Below are positions 56,840 through 64,000 of a stretch of 64,000 nucleotides of DNA, piece by piece. The notes beneath the pieces are model-generated. The model was given only the letters and a program-made list of their open reading frames with translations. It ran no database searches and had not been told where the DNA came from. A program made the translations under genes and the position numbers. Every line of letters starts with the position of its first letter. Position 1 is the stretch's first letter. This stretch comes from an uncultured Gemmatimonadales bacterium. GTDB taxonomy: Bacteria; Gemmatimonadota; Gemmatimonadetes; Longimicrobiales; RSA9. The DNA lies in contig OY970192.1 in assembly GCA_963708135.1 (NCBI GenBank), positions 1,152,001 to 1,216,000 on the forward strand, in the 5' to 3' direction.

Positions 56840-59044
56840 ATGATCGCGAGCCGTCGTTGGTTCGTTGCCCGGGGACGCGCCGTGCTCGGCTTCTCGCTCG
56901 GTCTCGGCCTCGTCATCGTGCTCGGCAGCTGCCAGGCCGACACGCTCTACCAGGCCGGCACTCCGAACGTCCAGCCGCCCACCATCGTCATCACCTCCCC
57001 CGCCACCGGCGCCGCCGTCCAGGCCGGGCACACCGTGCCCGTCCGCATGGTGGCCACCGACGCGGCGGGCGTCTCGCAGATCGTGCTCACCGTCTCCGGC
57101 GCGCTCCAGCAGACGATCGTGAAGAGCTACTCCCCGCCACGCGACTCCGTCGTGCTCGACACCGTCGTCGTCGTGCCGGCGGGCACCTCAGGCAACGTCC
57201 AGCTGCGCGCCCGCGCCGTGAACGCCGGCGGCGCCAGCGCCGAGTACGGCCCCGTCGCGCTCGCGGTCAGCTCGACCGACGTGATCGCGCCCACCGTGAC
57301 CATGACCTTCGGCTCGATGCCGCGCATGGAGCTGACGGACAGCTTCACGGTCCAGGTCCACGGCACCGACAACCCCGGCGGCAGCGGCGTGGCCAAGCTC
57401 GGCTACACGGCCATCGTCACGAATCCGCGGCTCGGGCAGACGCAGGCGTTCACCGACAGCGTCGTGCTGGCGCGGCCGGTGGCGGACACCACGGTCCGCT
57501 TCGCGCTCGCGCCGCCGCTCGTGGATGCCCTCGACCTGCCGGACTCGCTGCGCGTGGAGATGCACGCGTTCGCGGTGGACAGCGCCGGGCTCTGCACGGG
57601 CGCCGTGGACGCCAGCGGCACGCCGACCGTCGGCTGCGACGTGGCGACGATCGGCGGCAGGCAGGTGCGGGTGGCGGCCCGCGTCGGCGCGAAGGCCGAC
57701 GTGCTCGTGGTGGCCGGCCGGACCTCGGCCGTCCCCGGCGGCGGCTCGATCCCCGACCTGCTCGTGGACAACGCGCGCGCCCGGGTCTACGTCTCCAACT
57801 TCAGCCGCAACCTCGTGCAGGTGCTCGGCGCCGCGACCGGCGCCTGGCAGAGCGACGTCCAGGTCGGCTCCGAGCCCTGGGGGCTCGCCTGGAACGCCAA
57901 CCACGACAGCGTCTTCGTGGCCAACTCGGGCGGCACCAACCTTTCCGTGCTGTCCGTGTCCGGCACCCCGAAGGAGGACGTGGCGCGCCGCTTCTACACG
58001 CCCGACGCGCCGCTCTTCCAGATCAGCTCCAGCACCGGCGGCGGGGCCGTGCGCCTGTCCGGCACCTTCATCGAGCTGAGCGACCGGCCCCAGTACATCG
58101 CCGAGGACGCCGCCGGGCGGCTGCTCTACTCGACGCAGCCCACGCCCAGCGCCTCCGACGGCACCATCCGCGTCGTCACGCGCCAGCCGGGCTGGCCGAA
58201 GTCCGAGTCGCGCCTGCTCGTCCGCAGCCAGGACATCGTGTACGCCCAGAACTCGACCGCCATCGCGCACGTGGACAGCATCCAGCTCTACACCAACACC
58301 GGCGGCGACGACGCCATCCAGATCTGGGACCACCAGCCCGGCTTCCCGGGCACCATCATCGCCAGCGGCATCCAGAGCCTGCCGAACGCCATTGCCTACA
58401 TGGAGGCGCACGGCTCCGACATCCTCTGGGGCCAGGGCACCTGGTCGCTCAAGGACGTCGCCTTCGCCGACACCACGTTCGTGGCCGCCTCCGCCGACCG
58501 GAAGTGGCTCGCCTTTGGCGCCGGCGCCACCGCGCCCGCCGGCCGCATCGTGCTGTGGAGCTCCGACGCCGCCGCCATCAGCAGCAACGTCCCGGTCACC
58601 GACCTCGTCGCCAACGCCTCCGAGCGCGTGCAGGGCCTCGACCTCAACTCCGACGGCACCCTCGGCGCCGCCCGCTCCGACGTGGCCGCCTACTTCTTCA
58701 CCCGCGACCTCCGCCTCCAGGGCAGCTTCGCCGACGGCCTCGGCACCGGCGCGGGCGGCATCGCCATCGACCCCGGCCACCCCTCCTTCTACGAGGGGGT
58801 GCTGTCGAACCAGAACACGCTCGCCTTCGTCGGCACCGGCAACCACACGATCCGGATCATCGACACCATCCACTTCAACACCCGCGGCGAGATCGCCATC
58901 CGCGACAACATCGTCGGGCGGCTCGAGGCCGCACCGCGCCTCCCGGGCGACCCCGCGGACGTGGTGCTCAAGCTCTATGGCGTGACCAGCTCGGACGGCA
59001 TCCTCGTCCTCGATGTCCACAGCGGCGACATCACGAGCTTCTGA
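56840..59044 (+). CDS. large lipoprotein with Ig-like domains and a YVTN-like beta-propeller
   Basis: Lipobox LGSC, PTIVITSP Ig-like starts, RVYVSN / VGSEPWGL / VFVANSG propeller blades. Confidence 0.78.
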   Translation: MIASRRWFVARGRAVLGFSLGLGLVIVLGSCQADTLYQAGTPNVQPPTIVITSPATGAAVQAGHTVPVRMVATDAAGVSQIVLTVSGALQQTIVKSYSPPRDSVVLDTVVVVPAGTSGNVQLRARAVNAGGASAEYGPVALAVSSTDVIAPTVTMTFGSMPRMELTDSFTVQVHGTDNPGGSGVAKLGYTAIVTNPRLGQTQAFTDSVVLARPVADTTVRFALAPPLVDALDLPDSLRVEMHAFAVDSAGLCTGAVDASGTPTVGCDVATIGGRQVRVAARVGAKADVLVVAGRTSAVPGGGSIPDLLVDNARARVYVSNFSRNLVQVLGAATGAWQSDVQVGSEPWGLAWNANHDSVFVANSGGTNLSVLSVSGTPKEDVARRFYTPDAPLFQISSSTGGGAVRLSGTFIELSDRPQYIAEDAAGRLLYSTQPTPSASDGTIRVVTRQPGWPKSESRLLVRSQDIVYAQNSTAIAHVDSIQLYTNTGGDDAIQIWDHQPGFPGTIIASGIQSLPNAIAYMEAHGSDILWGQGTWSLKDVAFADTTFVAASADRKWLAFGAGATAPAGRIVLWSSDAAAISSNVPVTDLVANASERVQGLDLNSDGTLGAARSDVAAYFFTRDLRLQGSFADGLGTGAGGIAIDPGHPSFYEGVLSNQNTLAFVGTGNHTIRIIDTIHFNTRGEIAIRDNIVGRLEAAPRLPGDPADVVLKLYGVTSSDGILVLDVHSGDITSF

Positions 59045-59115
59045 CGATTCCGGCGTCCATTCCGCGGGGCCGGCGCAGGCGCGCCGCCCCCGCGCACACC
59101 CCTGGAGGCATTGGC

Positions 59116-59796
59116 ATGCGTGCTCTCTCTCGCGCTGCACTCGCTCTGCTACTCGTGGCCGCGGCCACGCCGGCGCTGGCGCAGGACTACGGCGCCTCCG
59201 CCGGCTGGTACGCCGCCGCGCTCCACGCCACCAGCATGAACAGCGGCGCGGCCGGCACCGCCATCAATCCCGGCTGGGGCTGGGCGGGCGGCGCGTACTA
59301 CGAGAAATGGCTCGGCTCCGGGCGCGTGGCCTACCGCTTCGACGGCTCGGTCGGGCGCCAGCAGATCCCATGGAACGGGCAGGACCGCAACGTCAACACC
59401 TGGCTCGGCGACTTCGGCCTCGAGCTCCGGCTGCTGCCCGCCGCCCCCGGCCGCTCCGTGAGCCCCTTCCTGAGCGCCGGCCCGGGCGTCGTGGTCTACG
59501 ACCTCGGCCGTGGCCTGCCCGTCACCGACGAGGCGGCGAACGCGCTCTATCAGGGCCGCCAGAAGGCCCTCTTCGCGCCCAACTTCGGCGGCGGCTTCGA
59601 CATCATCACCCCCTGGACCGTGGACTTCAACAACATCGTCGTCCGGCTCCAGGCCGATGACTACGTGGTGCTCAAGTCCCCGTTCCAGCCGATCTCCGGG
59701 TCCGATTTCGGCCTCGTGCACCAGCTCCGCTTCGCGATCGGGCTGCACGCCGGCATGGGCACGCTCGGCGGCGCCTCCGCCCAGCGCGTCCGCTAG
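59116..59796 (+). CDS. outer-membrane beta-barrel-like protein
   Basis: GGAGG RBS, signal peptide ALAQ, alternating aromatic strands (SPFLSAGPG, NFGGGFD). Confidence 0.7.
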   Translation: MRALSRAALALLLVAAATPALAQDYGASAGWYAAALHATSMNSGAAGTAINPGWGWAGGAYYEKWLGSGRVAYRFDGSVGRQQIPWNGQDRNVNTWLGDFGLELRLLPAAPGRSVSPFLSAGPGVVVYDLGRGLPVTDEAANALYQGRQKALFAPNFGGGFDIITPWTVDFNNIVVRLQADDYVVLKSPFQPISGSDFGLVHQLRFAIGLHAGMGTLGGASAQRVR

Positions 59797-59798
59797 GC

Positions 59799-59927
59799 TG
59801 TAACGATGCATTACACCGTCTCCCGCACGGATCGTTACACCGCGGCCTTCCGGCCGGTGGGCGGATTGATGGAAGTCGTTGTGGCACAACGATTCACGTT
59901 TGGCGACAACGGTGGCCCGGCACTTGA
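59799..59927 (+). promoter_or_regulatory. putative sigma54 promoter of the flp/tad operon
   Basis: TGTAA-CGATGCA-TTACA (59799-59815), CGTTGTGGCACAACG (59877-59891), TGGCCCG-GCAC-TTGA (59913-59927). Confidence 0.55.
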
Positions 59928-60045
59928 CTCTACCCGGGTTCGGTCAGCGGGGCGCGTCACCCCTGATGGTTTCCCGTTTCCGGGCTGCCTCTGCAGCCCC
60001 GGCGCTTTCCAACCCAGGCCCTCGTGGCCGGAAAGGAGCACTCCA

Positions 60046-60231
60046 ATGCTGGAGCTGTGGAAGAGTTTCTGGACGGACCAGTCCGGGCAGGACCTGTCCG
60101 AGTACGCGCTTCTGCTCGTGCTGATCGCCGCCGCGCTGGTGACGATCATCATCGCGCTGCAGAACGAGATCAAGAGCGCGTTCAGCCGCGTCACGAGCGC
60201 GCTGTCCTCCGGTAACACGGCAGGCAGCTGA
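60046..60231 (+). CDS. flp: Flp/Fap pilin
   Basis: AAGGAG RBS, G|QDLSEYALL cleavage/EY motif, hydrophobic helix, 61 aa. Confidence 0.93.
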   Translation: MLELWKSFWTDQSGQDLSEYALLLVLIAAALVTIIIALQNEIKSAFSRVTSALSSGNTAGS

Positions 60232-60243
60232 CGGTGGGCACGT

Positions 60244-60271
60244 CGCGGGCGGCCCGCACGGGGCCGCCCGC
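60244..60271 (+). terminator. GC-rich hairpin after flp (terminator or mRNA stabiliser)
   Basis: Perfect IR CGCGGGCGGCCCG-CA-CGGGCCGCCCGCG; no strong U tract. Confidence 0.5.
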
Positions 60272-60337
60272 GGGTGCTTCCCATGGGAGGCCGCCCCGAG
60301 GGGCGGTCGTCATGACGTTCTGGAAAGGGAGATCCGG

Positions 60338-60859
60338 GTGAGAGGCGAGGTCGAGTTCTGGGCGCTGCTGTTCCCGGTCCTGACCGCTGCGGCGGTCTGG
60401 GACTGGCGTGCGCGCGTGATCCCGAACTGGCTGACGCTCTCCGCCCTGCTGGTCGCGCTCGGGCTGGCGGCCCTCCCCGGCGGGATCGACCTCGTGGCCT
60501 CGCTCGAGGGAGCCGCGCTGGGGCTCGGCTTCGGCTTCGTGCTCTTCGTCCTCGGCGCGCTCGGCGGCGGTGACGCCAAGCTGTTCGCGGCCGTGGGCGC
60601 GTTCCTCGGCCCGCTATCGTTCCTCTATGCGCTGCTGGCGGTGATCCTGGTCGGCGGAGCCATGGCCCTGGTGGCGGTGGTGCGCAAGGGCGCGCTGCGG
60701 GCCACGCTCGGCAACATGGGCCTGATCGTCCTGAGCCTGGTGACCTTCGGCCTGGCCGGCCGGCGGGTCACCCTGAGCTCGGAGGGAGCGATCGCCGTGC
60801 CCTACGGCATCGCGATCGCCATCGGGACCGTCATCGCCCACGTCTGGGGGCTCGCATGA
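60338..60859 (+). CDS. cpaA: prepilin peptidase A24 (CpaA/TadV)
   Basis: WDWRARVIPNWL, LGGGDAKL, VPYGIAI. Confidence 0.92.
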   Translation: MRGEVEFWALLFPVLTAAAVWDWRARVIPNWLTLSALLVALGLAALPGGIDLVASLEGAALGLGFGFVLFVLGALGGGDAKLFAAVGAFLGPLSFLYALLAVILVGGAMALVAVVRKGALRATLGNMGLIVLSLVTFGLAGRRVTLSSEGAIAVPYGIAIAIGTVIAHVWGLA

Positions 60860-61281
60860 GACGGATCGCAAGCCGATGCGGATGGACGCCCCGGCCCCGC
60901 GGCGGACAGGCGCTCGTGGAGTTCGCCTTCGTGCTGCCGATCCTGCTCCTGCTGATCCTCGGCATCTTCGAGTTCGGGCGCGCCTACAATGCGTACGAGG
61001 TGGTCACCGACGTCGCCCGCGAGGCAGCGCGCCGCGCGGTAGTGGACGACACCTCGAGCACCGCCACGATCCGGGGCGTGGCCGTCGCCGACCTCGACCG
61101 CGCCGGGCTCGCCGCGGCCGACAGCATGGTCACGGTCAGCGATCCGAACACGGCGGGGGCGACCACCACCGTGACGATCCAGTACCCGTTCAAGTTCCTG
61201 TTCCTCGGGCCCATGCTCTCGTGGGCCACCGGACAGGATCAGGTCGTGCTCAGCAGCACCTGCGAAATGCGGCACGAGTAG
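60856..61281 (+). CDS. tadE: TadE-like pseudopilin
   Basis: GQALVEFAFVLPILLLLILGIFEFG, AREAAR. Confidence 0.92.
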   Translation: MRRIASRCGWTPRPRGGQALVEFAFVLPILLLLILGIFEFGRAYNAYEVVTDVAREAARRAVVDDTSSTATIRGVAVADLDRAGLAAADSMVTVSDPNTAGATTTVTIQYPFKFLFLGPMLSWATGQDQVVLSSTCEMRHE

Positions 61282-61294
61282 CCAAGGAAGAGTC

Positions 61295-62128
61295 ATGAAC
61301 AAGAGACGGATGTGGATCGTCCTCGCGGTCGCGGCGCTGCTCGGCCTCGCCGCCGCGTTCCTGTCGGCGGACTACGTGCGCTCCTCGCGCACGCCGATCC
61401 TGCCGACCGCGGCGCCCAAGACGCAGGCCGTGGTGGCGGCGCGGGACCTTCCCGTCGGCGCCATCATCAAGCCGGAGGACGTGCGCCTGATCGACTGGCC
61501 CGGCGACCTGCTTCCCGCGGGCTTCGCCTCCAAGCCGGAGCAGGTGGTCGGGCGCGGCGTCATCACGGCCGTGGCGGCCAACGAGCCGCTGCTGCAGTCC
61601 AAGCTGGCGGACAAGGCGTCCGGCGGCGGGCTGCCGATCGTGATCCCCCCCGGGATGCGCGCCATGAGCGTGCGCGTGGACGAGGTGATCGGCGTGGCCG
61701 GCTACGTCGTCCCGGGCACCCGGGTGGACGTGATCCTCACGGTCAAGCCGCCGGGCCCGAACCAGCAGGAGCTCTCGCGCATCGTGCTGCAGAACGTGCG
61801 CGCGCTCGCCTCCGGGCAGATCATCGAGAAGGACCCCGAGGGCAAGCCGATCACCACGCGCGTGGTCACGCTCCAGCTCTCGCCGGAGGAGGCCGAGGCG
61901 CTCGCCCTCGCCTCCAACCAGGGCAAGATCCAGCTCGCGCTGCGCAACGGCCTGGACATGGACTCCGTGAGCACGCCCGGCGTGCAGCTGGCCAATCTCG
62001 TCTCGGGCGCCGTCATGCGGCCCGTGCGGCGTTCCGGGGGCCGGCGCACCACCTCCACCGAGGTGGCGCGCGAGAGCAACGCGGTCGAGGTTTACAAGGG
62101 CGGGCAGCGGACGCTGAAGAAGTTCTAG
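61295..62128 (+). CDS. cpaB: Flp pilus assembly protein CpaB/RcpC
   Basis: SAF domain VVAARDLPVG, GMRAMSVRVD, PGTRVDVIL, LALRN. Confidence 0.94.
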   Translation: MNKRRMWIVLAVAALLGLAAAFLSADYVRSSRTPILPTAAPKTQAVVAARDLPVGAIIKPEDVRLIDWPGDLLPAGFASKPEQVVGRGVITAVAANEPLLQSKLADKASGGGLPIVIPPGMRAMSVRVDEVIGVAGYVVPGTRVDVILTVKPPGPNQQELSRIVLQNVRALASGQIIEKDPEGKPITTRVVTLQLSPEEAEALALASNQGKIQLALRNGLDMDSVSTPGVQLANLVSGAVMRPVRRSGGRRTTSTEVARESNAVEVYKGGQRTLKKF

Positions 62129-62155
62129 CTCAGACACTCAGCTTGGGGGCTCTCC

Positions 62156-63451
62156 ATGGCGAGATCGGCGCGGATGCCGGTTCTTACGCTGCTGTGCACG
62201 CTGGCCGTGACGGGTGCGGCGGCGGCGCAGCAGGTTCTCACCCAGCCGGAGCGGGTGATCACGATCCCGAAGGGGAAGTCCGCGCTGGTCGTCGAGCGCA
62301 ACCCCGTCGAGCGCGTCTCGGTGGCGGATGACAAGATCGCGGACCCGATCCCGGTCTCGCCCACGGAGGTGCTCATCAACGGCAAGGACATCGGGATCAC
62401 CAGCGTGATCGTCTGGTCCAAGACCGGCGGCGTGAGCCTCTACAGCGTGGAGGTGACGGCCGACCCCGAGATCATCAAGCGGCAGATCGAGATGCTCGGC
62501 CCCGACGTGCACATCGACGTCGCGGCCAGCGGCAACACGGTCATCCTCTCCGGCACCGTGGCGCGGCCGACCCTCGCCCGGCGCGCCATCGACATCGCGC
62601 GCGCCAGCGGCGCCAAGACCGTGATCAACAACATCCACGGGCCCTCCGCCTCGCAGGTGCTGCTGAAGGTCCGCTTCGCGGAGATCACCCGCACCGGCTC
62701 GGAGAGCTTCGCCTCCCAGCTCAACGCGCTCAACATCCACGAGCTGCGGCCGGGCGGCCGGGGCACCGACTGGACGACGGAGACCTTCTCCGACGGCCTC
62801 GTGCACCTGTTCCTGTCCGGCGACAACACCTCCTTCGAGGCGATCATCAACGCGCTCCGCAAGAAGGGCGAGTTCCGCGAGCTGGCCGAGCCGACGCTGC
62901 TCGCCCTCGACGGCGACTCCGCCTCCTTCCTGGCCGGCGGCGAGTTCCCCTTCCCGGTCCTTCAGGGCGGCGGGGCCAGCAATGCCGTCACCATCCAGTG
63001 GCGCGAGTTCGGCGTGCGCCTGAACTTCCGCCCCTTCATCACCGATGGCGGCGGCATCCGGCTGCACCTCTCGCCCGAGGTCTCCTCGCTCGACTTCGCC
63101 AACGGCCTCGTGCTGAACGGCTTCCGGATCCCGACCATCCAGACGCGCCGCGCGGAGACCACCGTGGAGCTCCAGGCGGGGCAGCACCTCGCCATCGCGG
63201 GGCTGCTCGACAACAGCCTGACCACGAACGGGACCAAGATCCCGCTGCTCGGCGACCTGCCGATCATCGGCACCTTCTTCCGCTCCAGCGCGAACGACCA
63301 GTCGCGGCGCGAGCTGCTCGTCGTCATCACGCCCGAGATCGTCGAGCCGAGCACCACCATGCCGCCCATGCCGACGGGCGAGCCCTCGACGTGGAAGTGG
63401 CTGCGCGGGCTGCGGCCGCAGGACCTGCCGCAGAACCCCGGTGCCCGGTGA
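62156..63451 (+). CDS. cpaC: Flp pilus secretin CpaC/RcpA
   Basis: QVLLKVRFAE, ASFLAGGEFP, IPLLGDLPIIGTFFRS, ELLVVITP. Confidence 0.94.
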   Translation: MARSARMPVLTLLCTLAVTGAAAAQQVLTQPERVITIPKGKSALVVERNPVERVSVADDKIADPIPVSPTEVLINGKDIGITSVIVWSKTGGVSLYSVEVTADPEIIKRQIEMLGPDVHIDVAASGNTVILSGTVARPTLARRAIDIARASGAKTVINNIHGPSASQVLLKVRFAEITRTGSESFASQLNALNIHELRPGGRGTDWTTETFSDGLVHLFLSGDNTSFEAIINALRKKGEFRELAEPTLLALDGDSASFLAGGEFPFPVLQGGGASNAVTIQWREFGVRLNFRPFITDGGGIRLHLSPEVSSLDFANGLVLNGFRIPTIQTRRAETTVELQAGQHLAIAGLLDNSLTTNGTKIPLLGDLPIIGTFFRSSANDQSRRELLVVITPEIVEPSTTMPPMPTGEPSTWKWLRGLRPQDLPQNPGAR

Positions 63452-63503
63452 AGGGGGAGCACCTGATGCCAGCAATGCAGCGCGCCTCCGGGGAGGAGAG
63501 CGA

Positions 63504-64000
63504 ATGAGCGACCGCCTCATCCGGCTCGGCCTGCTCGTGGAGGACGACTCGATCCACCGGGCCGTGGGCGCGGTGGAGCCCGCGCCCGGCTACGCCCTCG
63601 AGGTGGTGCGGGAGGTCGGCTTCGACCGCCTGCCGTCCATCCAGGCGGCCGCCGGCGAGTTCGCAACCGCCCGCGTGGACATCGCCTTCGTGGACCTCTC
63701 GGCGGACCCGCAGAAGGGCCTCGAGTTCGCCCGCGACCTCGCCGACCTCGACCCCACGATCCTGATCCTGGCCACCGGCCCGGAGCTGCCGCCCGAGCTG
63801 CTGCTGCTCGCCATGCGCGCCGGCATCTCCGAGTACCTGCTCAAGCCCGTCGAGCCCGAGGATGTGGCGGCCGCCCTCGGCCGCCTCTCTCGCCGGCTCG
63901 CCGCGGCCAAGGAGCCCGAAGCCGCGGTGCCCAGCAAGGTGATCGGCTTCCTGCCCGTGAAGGGCGGCACCGGCACCACCACGGCCGCCGTCAACCTGGC
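63504..64000 (+). CDS. cpaE: CpaE/TadZ pilus assembly protein (receiver-like plus MinD-like ATPase), truncated by window end
   Basis: Own translation: MSDRLIRLG..AMRAGISEYLLKP..KVIGFLPVKGGTGTTTAAVNL. Confidence 0.88.
   Translation, partial: MSDRLIRLGLLVEDDSIHRAVGAVEPAPGYALEVVREVGFDRLPSIQAAAGEFATARVDIAFVDLSADPQKGLEFARDLADLDPTILILATGPELPPELLLLAMRAGISEYLLKPVEPEDVAAALGRLSRRLAAAKEPEAAVPSKVIGFLPVKGGTGTTTAAVNL

Overview
Very GC-rich bacterial DNA; the SusC/SusD pair, TonB receptors with N-terminal carboxypeptidase-regulatory-like domains and the Tad locus suggest Gemmatimonadota (inference only). Left to right: end of a SusC/SusD pair and two hypothetical genes; a LacI-headed lipid/acyl uptake and metabolism operon (two acyl-CoA ligases, SSS symporter, TonB receptor, FabH-like, FabG-like, alpha/beta hydrolase, V4R-like protein); DUF5995, APC permease, TonB, hydrolase and B12 radical SAM; a hybrid kinase beside a broken sensor/receiver pair; a lower-GC glycosyltransferase island interrupted by an IS256 with a 9-bp target duplication; two PAS-GGDEF-EAL genes and a sigma54 two-component pair; natAB-like ABC exporter; and the start of a Tad/Flp pilus locus. 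Two repeat-plus-small-gene systems stand out. (1) A GxxExxY PD-(D/E)XK nuclease gene bracketed by a 28-bp inverted motif sits in a 3.5-kb array made of its own 3' ends and in-frame, catalytically deleted mini-copies (52.6-56.1 kb). (2) Polarised ~15-bp CGGCAC microsatellite arms bracket four-helix-bundle genes at two loci, bracket nothing at a third, and also occur as solo arms, one in frame inside a gene. No rRNA, tRNA or CRISPR array was recognised. All family assignments are from motif recognition by eye, not database searches.
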